Assembly: GCA_963934255.1 (NCBI GenBank)
Contig: CAWVXU010000001.1
Coordinates: forward strand, 30,686 to 94,685
Reading direction: 5' to 3'
DNA length: 64,000 bases
Source of the DNA: an uncultured Fibrobacterales bacterium
GTDB taxonomy: Bacteria; Fibrobacterota; Fibrobacteria; Fibrobacterales; CAWVXU01
Shown here: in pieces, positions 10,297 to 20,330 of the stretch
How the letters are laid out: each line of letters begins with the position of its first letter
Position numbering within the stretch: position 1 is the first letter of the stretch
Position numbers and translations under genes: made by a program
Notes under the pieces: model-generated
Told to the model about the DNA's origin: nothing
The model's database searches: none
Seen by the model: the letters and a program-made list of their open reading frames with translations, nothing else

Positions 10297-11589
10297 TTAG
10301 TCACGTATTAGAATAGTGCGAGCTGCTTTAAATGTTCCTTTGTCAGAACTGACTTGAACAACATAAGTACCCATTTGTAAGGCTTGAGTGAAGTTCACCT
10401 GGTGTGAAGTGGCTGATGCACTCGAAGCCTCGGCTAATAGTTGACCTTCTAGACTGTATACTGAAACGTGCAGCGCTTCAGCTTGACCTAGTGTTGCCTC
10501 AACGCTAGTGGCAGATATCTGAATAGTTTGGTTGAGTAGAGTTGTTGATTCGATGGATGTAGTCACGTCACCGCTTAGGAATTTAATTTCTTTTAATATT
10601 ACTTGGAAACTATCTGCGACTTCTGAGTTGCCAATCTCAAATGCCATTACCTCTAAGTTATCCCAATCTATTGTCGCAGGAGAGCCGTAAGCTACTTCAA
10701 AGTTATCACGTGTTAATTTAACAGTGGATTCTGTTGCCGCAACGGGTAGGTTATGGATGAATCTCCCTATTGTTCCGTCTTTTAAAATTAAGCTAGTAGC
10801 ATATTGTGCTTTGTAAGTAATAGACAGTGTGTCGTCCAAAGCAAAAGCATAAGCCGTATCTATTGATAGTCCGCCACCATTCCATTTATAGCCTGCATCT
10901 ATCAAAGATACAGTAAAGATCATTGCGCTTGTGCCATTATCAGAAGAATGAAGATTACCACCAGTAGTTGGGTCAATCGATGCGCCAGCATATGCAGATG
11001 GGTACCATTTGACTGAATGAATCCAGTTTAAAGGGTCGACCACAACGACAGGGCCTGTGCTTGCAATAAATTCAACTTGCTTAATAGTTACGTTGTGAAC
11101 TGCGGCGGGATTTTGAACACCGATGTCAAAAACAAGAGTCGTTAATTGAGACCAATCAAAATTTGATGGGTATTCCCAATTAGGGCCGAATTGTGAGCGA
11201 GTGATTTTTTTGAGGGTATAAGTCACCGAAGCCGGAAGAGTCGTCAGATAAGTGCCATTATTTACATCTTTGACCATCAAACTTATCGAGTGATCTGATT
11301 TATAGTGAATAAAAAGAGTGTCGTTAGCTGGAAAGCCAAAAGTTGTATCGTGTTGAATTCCACCACCATTCCAAACAGTTCCACCGTCGATAGTGGTCAC
11401 AGCGAATTGAAGAACATGATCAACACCATCAGTCGTGTGAAGAGCTGCAGGAGTTCCCGGTGCAATCGATGCTGAATCGGTATCTAGTGAACCATAAGCA
11501 GATGGAGCCCAAGTCGCCGAGCTTACCCAATTTTGTGCGCTAATAGATGCAGCACAGACCAATGTTGTTAGTATTGTAGTTAATTTCAT
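10297..11589 (-). CDS. Secreted protein with two tandem CBM11/CIA30-like domains and a T9SS-like C-terminal domain
   Basis: Signal peptide; internal duplication (NW..S..W.PSAY, WNGGG, YK, LP, DW..L, F.IG); C-terminus VYSLEGQLL...GTYVVQV. Confidence 0.65.
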   Translation of the reverse strand: MKLTTILTTLVCAASISAQNWVSSATWAPSAYGSLDTDSASIAPGTPAALHTTDGVDHVLQFAVTTIDGGTVWNGGGIQHDTTFGFPANDTLFIHYKSDHSISLMVKDVNNGTYLTTLPASVTYTLKKITRSQFGPNWEYPSNFDWSQLTTLVFDIGVQNPAAVHNVTIKQVEFIASTGPVVVVDPLNWIHSVKWYPSAYAGASIDPTTGGNLHSSDNGTSAMIFTVSLIDAGYKWNGGGLSIDTAYAFALDDTLSITYKAQYATSLILKDGTIGRFIHNLPVAATESTVKLTRDNFEVAYGSPATIDWDNLEVMAFEIGNSEVADSFQVILKEIKFLSGDVTTSIESTTLLNQTIQISATSVEATLGQAEALHVSVYSLEGQLLAEASSASATSHQVNFTQALQMGTYVVQVSSDKGTFKAARTILIRD

Positions 11590-11861
11590 GATTTCCCTTT
11601 GCTGATACTATCATAGTACTCAAACTTATGCTTTTAAAGTAAGAATTGTCCTTCTATTATCCTCGTAAAAACACTGTTGAGAGAGAAGAAATGGAACCTT
11701 ATCGGAGGATTCTGTTCAATATTCTAAAAATTCTCGCCAAAAGTAGTGAATCTTAGGTATTAAAATTATTTTAAGCTTCGATTGATAAAAGACTTACGGG
11801 CTGATTAGTTTAATAATTTAGGTCAAAAGTACATTTGGAAATAAACCAAAATCAGGACAAA

Positions 11862-14363
11862 ATGCAAGCAGCCAACACTTCACCTTTACCTATAGCCGAA
11901 CATCTTGATTCTATAATTGAATCGTTTAAAAATTCGCCTCGAGTTTTAGTTGAAGCTGAGCCGGGTGCAGGTAAATCAACTCTAGTCCCAGTAAAGCTTT
12001 TACAAAATTGTGAGAGATTAGGAATTCAAGGCCAAATTATTTTGCTGCAACCCAGGCGTTTGGCAACAAAGTCCTTGGCTAATCGATTAGCGTTTTTACT
12101 CGGTGAAAAAGTTGGAGAAAGTGTCGGCTACATCGTTCGGGGAGAATCAAAAGTATCCGCAGCCAGCAAACTCCTGGTCATGACACAAGGTATCTTTGTG
12201 AAGAAGATTCTTTCAGATCCAGAGCTAAGTGGAGTGGGGCTTGTTTTAATTGATGAATTTCATGAGAGACATATTGATGGAGACTTAAGTCTTGCCATGA
12301 TTCTTGATACTCAAGAAATTATCAGACCTGAGCTTAAACTTGGAATATTATCAGCGACTCTGAATCGAAGTGCATTACTTAGGTTACTGAATAACGATGA
12401 TTTTCATTGTGAAGATTGTTTTAGTGAAGGAAGGCAATATCCTGTTGATGTGAAGCATATTGATGTAGATCTAAATGATTTAAAAAAGCGTCATGTGATG
12501 GTTGAAAAATCCGTACAATATTCACTTCTAGCCCTCAATCAATTAGAAAATGGTCATGTACTTTGCTTCTTGCCGGGTGTGGGTGAAATACATCAAGCCA
12601 GTGAACTTTGTTTACAGAAAATCAAAGACTCTCTGCATGACAGTATTGAAGTCCTAGAACTTCATTCGCAACTTTCACTAAATCAACAGTCCACTGTATT
12701 AAGTGAATCTGAACCTGGTGCTCAGCGGATTATTTTTGCGACGAATATTGCCGAAAGTTCTTTGACTATTCCAGGTGTTCGGGCAGTGGTAGATACAGGT
12801 CTTCAAAAAGTGGCAAGATGGAATCCGGTTTGTGATACACATTCACTTGAGTTAGAACTTTGCGCACAAGATTCATGTGTCCAAAGAAGAGGGCGTGCTG
12901 GCCGGACGAGTCCGGGCATTGCTTATGCTTTATGGCCGAAACGCGTAGATGCTTGGAGACCTAAACACGCTGAAGCAAGTTTGATCTATGAGGATCTAGT
13001 CGAGATGAAATACCTCTGGCAAATATGGGGCGAATCCGAGTGTTATGAAAATCGTTTTAGTGATCTGCCACCAGAAGGGCATTGGAAAGCTGCGACTGAG
13101 ATTTTAAAACTTAGTGGCGTGATTAACGATGCTGGAAATTTAAGCGGCGAATCTGCTAGTGATGGTTTTAGGCTTAATATTAATCCAAGATTATTAGGAT
13201 TATTTTTTAATAAGCAATTGGATGAACCAACGAATTCAGCAAAAATTGATACACCGCACCTTACCAACATTAGGTGGTACCTAACTGCTTTAATGGATGA
13301 AAATATCTGGCCTCAGTCACAAGACCCTATTTCACTTAATAATTTATTTTTAGATCGTTTTCAACCCAAAGATTTTTCTAAGCGAATTACACAATGGGAG
13401 AAACAGTTCAAACACAAATGGTCCATGCCAAAATATGATGGTGAGCTCGTTAAAGATATTCTTATTCAAGGATTAAGGGCCAGGATTTCTTGGAAGCAAG
13501 GCTCGCAGAATTTACAATTCAATGGAGCCGGACTTGAGCTGCATCCACAACTTCCTGAAGGATTTATTTCTCTTTACCAAAGAGGAAGTAATCTGAAGTG
13601 TTTCATCTATCAAGAAATAACAAAAAATGAAATTGAACATCTTAGTGTGGAAAAGACTCAGCTCATCTATACTGACAAATGGCAGGCGCAAAAAACAACT
13701 CTTATGGGTCCCATCGTTCTGACTAATAAACCATGCCCACTTCCAACAGGTGAAGACTTTCAAGCTGCCCTTGATGGACTGATTATAGATATGAGTATGA
13801 GAGCAGACAAAAAAGACAAACAACAACTTTGGCTACATGACTTTTGGAATCTATTTGAAGTCAGTGATGCTGATCATCGTTTCAATGAACGTTACTTTTG
13901 GTTTTTTCAAAGTAAAATTTCACCAGAAAAACATTGGAGAAAAAGTTGGAATGAATGGCTCACACCTTATTTGAGTTCAGTACAAAGTTTCAAAGATATG
14001 AAGTCTTTAAAGCTTAGAGAACTCTGGAATCAATCTTTAGATTACGAAACACAAAGCGAATTTAAACGTAGTATTATAAAAACATGGCAAGCCCCAAGTG
14101 GGCAAAAGTTTGATGTGGATTATAGTCAAAAGACTCCAAAAGTTTCCTGCCGTCTACAGGATGTTCTTGGCTTGGAAGACCATCCCATGATTTTAAACAA
14201 GCCAATTCTTCTTGAGCTTTTATCACCGGCGAGAAGACCGATCCAAACGACTCAAGATATCAGAGGTTTTTGGGCGGGCTCCTATAGTGAAGTCCGCAAA
14301 GAAATGAAGGGGCGTTACCCCAGACACAACTGGCCTGAAGACCCAACCAAAATCAATATTTAG
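11862..14363 (+). CDS. hrpB: ATP-dependent DEAH helicase HrpB
   Basis: AEPGAGKST, QPRRLA, DEFHER, SAT, ATNIAESSLTI, QRRGRAGR; C-terminal LLSPARRPIQTTQD..FW..SY..VRKEMKGRYPRHNWPEDP. Confidence 0.93.
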   Translation: MQAANTSPLPIAEHLDSIIESFKNSPRVLVEAEPGAGKSTLVPVKLLQNCERLGIQGQIILLQPRRLATKSLANRLAFLLGEKVGESVGYIVRGESKVSAASKLLVMTQGIFVKKILSDPELSGVGLVLIDEFHERHIDGDLSLAMILDTQEIIRPELKLGILSATLNRSALLRLLNNDDFHCEDCFSEGRQYPVDVKHIDVDLNDLKKRHVMVEKSVQYSLLALNQLENGHVLCFLPGVGEIHQASELCLQKIKDSLHDSIEVLELHSQLSLNQQSTVLSESEPGAQRIIFATNIAESSLTIPGVRAVVDTGLQKVARWNPVCDTHSLELELCAQDSCVQRRGRAGRTSPGIAYALWPKRVDAWRPKHAEASLIYEDLVEMKYLWQIWGESECYENRFSDLPPEGHWKAATEILKLSGVINDAGNLSGESASDGFRLNINPRLLGLFFNKQLDEPTNSAKIDTPHLTNIRWYLTALMDENIWPQSQDPISLNNLFLDRFQPKDFSKRITQWEKQFKHKWSMPKYDGELVKDILIQGLRARISWKQGSQNLQFNGAGLELHPQLPEGFISLYQRGSNLKCFIYQEITKNEIEHLSVEKTQLIYTDKWQAQKTTLMGPIVLTNKPCPLPTGEDFQAALDGLIIDMSMRADKKDKQQLWLHDFWNLFEVSDADHRFNERYFWFFQSKISPEKHWRKSWNEWLTPYLSSVQSFKDMKSLKLRELWNQSLDYETQSEFKRSIIKTWQAPSGQKFDVDYSQKTPKVSCRLQDVLGLEDHPMILNKPILLELLSPARRPIQTTQDIRGFWAGSYSEVRKEMKGRYPRHNWPEDPTKINI

Positions 14364-14571
14364 GGTGACATTCTTTGTTGATGGAACTTTCAATGTCACA
14401 GGATTTTATAGCAAATGGATAAAATGAGGGACACCTACCCATGATAGCAGATGATAAAGGAAGAATCCCAATAAACCCGAGTGGTTCATTAAATACGAAA
14501 GCCGAGCCAATAGCAAGAAGCCCTATTGTAATGCGAATAATTTTATCTGTTTTTATCATGTTGCATTTCAT
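14353..14571 (-). CDS. DUF2892 (YgaP-like) small membrane protein
   Basis: MKCN..TDKIIRI.IG; GILPL...GRCP.Y. Confidence 0.75.
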   Translation of the reverse strand: MKCNMIKTDKIIRITIGLLAIGSAFVFNEPLGFIGILPLSSAIMGRCPSFYPFAIKSCDIESSINKECHPKY

Positions 14572-14740
14572 AGTAATCGTCTAATTTTTTAACCCTATTG
14601 ATCTTTCACTTATATTTACAAAATGAGAGACAAATAGTTGAGTAGGGTTTTACTTCTGTATCATATGTTACATATATTACATAGTCCAAACATCGAAAAT
14701 AATATTGAAAAATAAATTTTGAAATTTAAATATACAGTAT

Positions 14741-15017
14741 TCAGTTGATCCACCATCGGTCCTTGGGTAGCTCTGATTCCAGATCTACCATCTCATTGAT
14801 TTGAGGCGAAACAAATTCAAGTCCTTGTTTGTCGGCTTCTTGAAGTGACTGTTTAACTGACTCTGTCCAGATGTGAAAGGAAAGAGTAAAACCACCCCAG
14901 TGTTTAGGGGAGATATGCTCGAGCTCCAATATCAAGAGCTGCTTGTAAGGACTCTTCAGGCATCATGTGTAAATCTTTCCATGCAGGGTTGTATCGTCCA
15001 CACTCCATCAGTGCAAG
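14741..15017 (-). pseudogene. C-terminal remnant of MBL-fold hydrolase (NAPE-PLD/RomA-like)
   Basis: LALMECGRYNPAWKDLHMMPEESLQAALDIGARAYLP* then shifted frame HWGGFTLSFHIWTES...PKDRWW; frameshift at the run 14907-14910; N-terminus missing. Confidence 0.8.
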
Positions 15018-15162
15018 TATAAATTGAAATCTCCGATTGTTATTAATTCAAAATGATAAAGTAAAAAAAATAACTGAACTAAAATTTGGTAAGAAGTCAC
15101 CATTAGTGACGACTAATGGTAAATTTAAAGCTACTAAAGGCACAACTTAAAAGGTATCTAGT

Positions 15163-16062
15163 ATGTTGAAATTCATAGTCGTCATCTTTATTTTAAGTGT
15201 ATCATTATCATGGTCATCACAAGAAATCAAAATAGGTTTGTATCAAGCTCAGTCGCATTGGGGTGACAATCTAGATGGTTCACTTAGTTGGAAAGACAAA
15301 AAAGAAAGTTCTTTCACAGAGGCTGCGCCTAGTGTTCTGAATATTTGGTGGGTTCAGTATCAATTCAATTTTGCTGCAAAATGGGGGCTGTCACTGAAAA
15401 CGGGATACCATTTTAATCGTCTTGAACCATATAATCTATTTGGTGAAAGAGTTGATGGTGCAAACGGAGGCCAATTGATACTTGATAAACATCAAGGATT
15501 AGAAGATTTTGATGCTGCAGGCTCTTATCAATTTAAAGAGTTTAAGTTTCATTTAGGAAGTGTCATGCCGTTATTTCAGGCCAAGCCAAATTCACTAAAA
15601 GGTGCGGCTCGAGCTTGGGGTGGTTTCAGAGCATTCAGAGGTACTGTAGCTTTTGAAGGGTTTCACCTGAACCAGTGGTGGATGCTTAAGGCTGATATCA
15701 TATTAAAACCATTGAACAATTCACAAGTTCATTCGGGCGATGGCAATATTCAATTAATGAATTTTTGGGGATACCCAATAACTCCAAAATATGGAACATT
15801 TGTAGGTCAGATCATTCAAGTCAATTCTTACCATTGGGATAATGAAAATGAGTCAAGCCCAACTATCTTACGTAGAGAATTCACTTGGGAACCGCAAGTG
15901 GGGCTTTCCTTAAAAGAGTCTTTCTTTGAGCTCAAAGTGTATTTGGGTGCGACTGCTTGGAGTTTTGCTGAAGTAAAAGAACAAGGTGACTTGATTTATG
16001 ACCCAGCACAAGCTTCTAGAAACATTATTCTTGGGTTTTCTCTTAGTAGTTATCAATGGTAA
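15163..16062 (+). CDS. Hypothetical exported protein, probable outer-membrane beta-barrel
   Basis: Signal peptide, alternating aromatic strands, C-terminal LGFSLSSYQW. Confidence 0.6.
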   Translation: MLKFIVVIFILSVSLSWSSQEIKIGLYQAQSHWGDNLDGSLSWKDKKESSFTEAAPSVLNIWWVQYQFNFAAKWGLSLKTGYHFNRLEPYNLFGERVDGANGGQLILDKHQGLEDFDAAGSYQFKEFKFHLGSVMPLFQAKPNSLKGAARAWGGFRAFRGTVAFEGFHLNQWWMLKADIILKPLNNSQVHSGDGNIQLMNFWGYPITPKYGTFVGQIIQVNSYHWDNENESSPTILRREFTWEPQVGLSLKESFFELKVYLGATAWSFAEVKEQGDLIYDPAQASRNIILGFSLSSYQW

Positions 16063-16066
16063 GTGC

Positions 16067-16089
16067 ACTAGATAGATGCGCTATCTAGT
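16067..16089. terminator. Hairpin after stop codon, possible terminator
   Basis: ACTAGATAG / CTATCTAGT. Confidence 0.45.
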
Positions 16090-16151
16090 TAAGGGCTTTA
16101 CATTAACCTATAGATTATTAAGGCTGGGTACAATTTTATTGATTTGGCGAA

Positions 16152-16573
16152 TCACGCCCGAGTTGTTTGCTTTCTTTTAATTTCTTCAACTAACTGTATG
16201 AGAATGTCACTATCTGCGTCATATAAATATTGCCCTGTTTCAATGATGATAGAATCAGATTTCTTGAAGGGTTGTAATTTTTTTTGGTCTTCTTGTAAGA
16301 TGAGCTTCTGAGTATAGATTACATACGAAGCGAAATTAATTATATAACTTTTGAAATCATTTAACGTTGACTTTGGTTGCAATTTAATAATGCCATTTTC
16401 TTAAATTTTTGAATATTGAATGTCAAAGTTATAGGCTTCTTGGTATTGAATCAATAGGTCAGCATGATTGAAGTGACCTTCTGAAGTAAAATTTTTTGAA
16501 GCTCAGTAGATTTCCAAACTTTATTTAAAGAGGGGAGACCAACCCCACTTCCGAGTGATAACTCGAAGCCCAT
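16152..16573 (-). pseudogene. Probable disrupted hypothetical gene
   Basis: ATG at 16573; coding-like frame continues into ORF 16152-16382 only via a shift near 16492-16497 and across TAA 16401-16403. Confidence 0.35.
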
Positions 16574-16647
16574 GAATAAGATAATAATTAAGAATTGTAA
16601 GTTAAATATAAGTAATTTACTCAAATCTAATTAATCACATTGTTTGT

Positions 16648-16676
16648 TTGACTAATCAATTAGTCTAAGGTAAAAT
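16648..16676 (+). promoter_or_regulatory. Sigma70-like promoter with overlapping inverted repeat
   Basis: TTGACT-17nt-TAAAAT; GACTAAT-ca-ATTAGTC at 16650-16665. Confidence 0.6.
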
Positions 16677-16700
16677 ACATCAAGATAAAGTAGGATTCTT

Positions 16701-17480
16701 ATGAAATCACAAATTCACCTCGTACAACTTAATATTAAATGGCGCAATAAACAGAGCAATTTTAATACGGTTCAAGAGCTTTTAGAAGGATTAGACCTCC
16801 AAAATGGGTTAATTGTACTTCCTGAAATGTTCGCGACCGGCTTTGATGTTGAATACGGTGGAGTCGCTGAAGGCCAAGATGGGCAGCTTGAAGAAACAGA
16901 TGCCTTTCTTAAAGAACTTGCAATTCAGACTCAATGCTACGTTCAAGGAAGTGGGATATCCTATGACCCGGTTTATAAAAAGAGACAAAATATTGTGAGA
17001 GTCTTTAATCCTGCTGGTGAATCTATTTTGACTTATCAGAAAACCTATCCATTTAGTTTTGGTGGTGAGCATCGAAGATTCAGTTCTGGACCCGGAGCTG
17101 CTATATTTGACTTCAATGGCATCCTTGTCGCCCCAATTATTTGCTACGATTTGAGGTTTCCGGAGCTTTTTCGTGAAGCGATAGATTTGGGTGCAGAACT
17201 TTTTACCGTGGTAGCTAATTGGCCCACACCTCGTCAATTTCATTGGAGGCCACTTCTGCAAGCTAGAGCCATAGAAAATCAAGCAATGGTGATCGGAGTT
17301 AATCGATGTGGACGAGATGAATTTTTAACTTATGAAGGCCAAACTGTTGGCTTTGATGAGTATGGTCGTGAAATCAATAGCTTAGGTAAAAAAGAGGGTG
17401 TGTTGAGCATGGATGTAGATATTGAAAAAATCAGAAAATGGCGAGCAGAATTTCCAGCTCTTAATGATCGTAAAAATTAG
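16701..17480 (+). CDS. Carbon-nitrogen hydrolase (nitrilase family, omega-amidase YafV-like)
   Basis: LPEMFATGF, YQK, ICYDLRFPE, ARAIENQ (Glu-Lys-Cys triad). Confidence 0.92.
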   Translation: MKSQIHLVQLNIKWRNKQSNFNTVQELLEGLDLQNGLIVLPEMFATGFDVEYGGVAEGQDGQLEETDAFLKELAIQTQCYVQGSGISYDPVYKKRQNIVRVFNPAGESILTYQKTYPFSFGGEHRRFSSGPGAAIFDFNGILVAPIICYDLRFPELFREAIDLGAELFTVVANWPTPRQFHWRPLLQARAIENQAMVIGVNRCGRDEFLTYEGQTVGFDEYGREINSLGKKEGVLSMDVDIEKIRKWRAEFPALNDRKN

Positions 17481-17491
17481 ATTGGCGATTA

Positions 17492-18681
17492 ATGAACTTA
17501 TTAGACGAAAATAGAAGTAAACAAGGCAATGAAACCTTTTATCAAGATCTTCCTATTTGTGATAAATTTAAAGAACTGAGTCATTCGGGTCATTATCAAT
17601 TAATTCCTAGTGATTGGTGAGTGATTATGAGCGACGTCGTAGGCTCGACTCAAGCGTTTCTTAAAGGTAGATATCGTGATGTTAATTTGATAGGAGTAAG
17701 CTCTATTGCCGCTATTGGAAATGTGATTAAAGATTTGGAAATTCCATTTGTTTTTGGAGGAGATGGAACTTCAATGGTGGTTCCGGCATCATTAAAGAAT
17801 TTAGTCCTAGCTGAGTTGAGTGGACTAGTGCGAATGTCTGAAGTACAGTTTCAGTTAAATTTAAGGATTGGATGTTTAGAGGTTTCAGAGCTCGTTAATC
17901 AAGGAGTTCAATTAAAAGTAGCCAAATTTGGTTTACTACCAAAAAAATCTCTTGTATTTTTTCAAGGTGGGGGACAGTCATTAGCCGATAAATTGATTAA
18001 AAAATATCCAGAAAAATATCTATGCAAAACCGAGAATATTGTAGCTCCAGATCTTAGTGCTTTATGTTGCAGATGGGAACCGATTCCAGCAAAAAAAGGT
18101 AAAGTACTTTCATTGATTGTTCAGGCAAAAAACGATGATACGAATGCAACTTACTTTAGGGTTGTCGATGAGATTCAAAAAATCATTGGTGGTGATCTTA
18201 CAAAGGCAAGTCCAGTTCACTCTAAATTCATGAAATATAAAAGTCTCAAAAAAGTTTTTGCAGAGGAGTCTCGGACACATGAATTTAATTTGACATACAA
18301 ATATCTAGCTTATATTATGAATATGTTGATGGCACACATGGTCTTTTCTTTCGGTTTTAATAAAATTATTGGTTTCATTAAAAAGTATCCAAATGATATG
18401 GAAACACATTCTGATTATCGTAAGTTTGATGATTCTCTTCGTTTAGTATTGGATTTAAAGGAAGTAGAACTCACTAGATTAATTAGGTTTTTAAAAAAGA
18501 ATTTCAGGTTGGAAATGTTTTCTATGGAGCTCATATTTCCAATGAAGCGATTATGACTTGTCTAATCCAAGGGATGGATGAAGGTGAACATATTCATTTT
18601 ATTGATGGTGGAGATGGTGGTTATACGATGGCTAGTCGTGAACTTAAATTGCAAATACAAAAAGAGGTCGTGAGTGAGTAA
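17492..18681 (+). pseudogene. DUF3095 family gene disrupted by a nonsense codon and a frameshift
   Basis: FYQDLP...IPSDW*VIMSDVVGST (TGA 17618-17620); FVFGGDG; DYRKFDD; C-terminal HIHFIDGGDGGY in another frame after T/A run 18488-18498. Confidence 0.85.
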
Positions 18682-19936
18682 TTCACCCCAGCTAGAATTT
18701 TTAGGTCAAGGCGCTTTGTATGCATCACAATTTGATGATGTCTATTTTAAAGAAAATGGAATTGAAGAATCAAGACATGTCTTCATAGATGGTGTTGATT
18801 TTGAAAAGGTCAAGCTTGTGATGGAAACATCTAAGGGTCAAGAGAAATATAGAATTGGTGAAACCGGTTTTGGCACAGGACTTAATTTTGTTTTAGCACT
18901 TGATGCATGGCGTCAGCTTAAAATACCTGGTATTTTGGAATTCTATAGTGTGGAAAAGTACCCGTTAAGCTCTGACCAGATGAAAAATATTGCAGATGAA
19001 AGAAAAGTTCTCTCCGTGATCAATTTTGAATGGGTGAATTCATATTGTCAAGAAGTTGATCGTCTTAGTAGTGAAAAAACAGCAATTGAAGTTTTTGGTA
19101 GAGATTTTCATTTACATGTGGAATGTGGTGAAGGTGGTGATATTTTGAATAATTGGTGTCAATCTTCAAACATTCAAAATGAATCAATGCTTAAAAGTTT
19201 TGACGCATGGTTTCTTGATGGATTTGATCCAATTAAAAACAAAGACTTGTGGAACTATCAGTTATTTGAATCTATCAGGGCGTTGTCTAAGCCAGGAGCC
19301 AAAATGGCAACTTATACATCGAGTGGAATTGTCAAAAGACCATTAATTAAAAATGGATTTGTGATTCAAAAACGTGAAGGCGTTTTAGGAAAACAGCATG
19401 TCATCCATGGAAGCTATGATGCCAATAAAATTATAGCCAAATTAGCCTGGCAAGATTATCTAGACAAGGCCTTGGTTGGGTCATTGCAAAAAGGTGCGAT
19501 TGATGAATCAATGCAACTTATTGAAGAAGGTGCTAAAATAAATAAAATAGAAAGTTATTTCGCTGCGGCCAATAAAGGTGTCCTACACAAAATAGTGACT
19601 GACTGGCTAGATTTAGATTTATTAATGGACGGGCAATTGGGCTTAGATGACCGAGGTGATAGTATTCTTCATGCAAGTATACGTTCAAGGAAAACACAAG
19701 AAGTCACATTTTTAGTTAATTATTTCAGAAAAGCCAATATAGACCCGAATCAATTCCGAGACAAACATGGTCGAACAGCACTATTTTTGTGTGCTCACCA
19801 GCGTGACTGGGGATTATGTGAATTGTTATTAGATCTAGGATTTGATCCGTTTATAAAAGATCGATATAATAAAAGTATTTCAGAGCTCCAACGAAATGAA
19901 AGCCATTGGTTTGAGCTTCTTGCCAATAAAAAGTAA
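18674..19936 (+). CDS. mnmD: tRNA mnm5s2U34 methyltransferase (MnmD / MnmC N-domain) fused to ankyrin repeats
   Basis: FDDVYF, ETGFGTGLNF, SVEKYP, DAWFLDGF.P.KN.DLW; ankyrins GDSILHAS, GRTALFLCA...LLLDLGFDP. Confidence 0.85.
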   Translation: MSNSPQLEFLGQGALYASQFDDVYFKENGIEESRHVFIDGVDFEKVKLVMETSKGQEKYRIGETGFGTGLNFVLALDAWRQLKIPGILEFYSVEKYPLSSDQMKNIADERKVLSVINFEWVNSYCQEVDRLSSEKTAIEVFGRDFHLHVECGEGGDILNNWCQSSNIQNESMLKSFDAWFLDGFDPIKNKDLWNYQLFESIRALSKPGAKMATYTSSGIVKRPLIKNGFVIQKREGVLGKQHVIHGSYDANKIIAKLAWQDYLDKALVGSLQKGAIDESMQLIEEGAKINKIESYFAAANKGVLHKIVTDWLDLDLLMDGQLGLDDRGDSILHASIRSRKTQEVTFLVNYFRKANIDPNQFRDKHGRTALFLCAHQRDWGLCELLLDLGFDPFIKDRYNKSISELQRNESHWFELLANKK

Positions 19937-20033
19937 ATCCTTATCTATTGCTAATATTTCTCTGACAGGGTCCTGACATAGGGCTTCTAATTTAAGTAGG
20001 AGTTCAACAGAGAGACAAGAGAAAGGAATACAG

Positions 20034-20162
20034 ATGGTAGATATTTCAGAAGACATCAATCAGATCATGTCAGATGAGTGGTATAACCCACCAGATTGGT
20101 TTGATTATTTAATAGAACAAGATATTGAAGATTACATTGATGATGAAACCTCGGACTTTTAA
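20034..20162 (+). CDS. Small highly acidic protein (42 aa), not in ORF track
   Basis: AAAGGA RBS; MVDISEDINQIMSDEWYNPPDWFDYLIEQDIEDYIDDETSDF; terminator overlaps stop. Confidence 0.65.
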   Translation: MVDISEDINQIMSDEWYNPPDWFDYLIEQDIEDYIDDETSDF

Positions 20163-20180
20163 TAAGCTTCCGAGGTTTTT
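20146..20180 (+). terminator. Intrinsic terminator
   Basis: AAACCTCGGA / TCCGAGGTTTTT. Confidence 0.7.
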
Positions 20181-20330
20181 ACTTGTTAGACTAGAATGAA
20201 TATTGTACAAAACCCCCTTCCAACATACTAACATATACTTACTCACGAGAATATGATATTTTCGAGAAATAATATTTCTAAATATCAAATAGGTTCAATG
20301 TGAGTTGAAGTTTTAAGAGGGAGTAATTTG

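Noticed and set aside
14665..14680. CRP/FNR-like site TGTTA-N6-TTACA
   Set aside because: Imperfect, in very AT-rich sequence, no second example to support it
17618..17620. TGA reassignment or read-through suggested by in-frame TGA in DUF3095 and cheX
   Set aside because: Many intact genes end in TGA (5366, 6796, 9234, 36277), and the same relics carry other lesions
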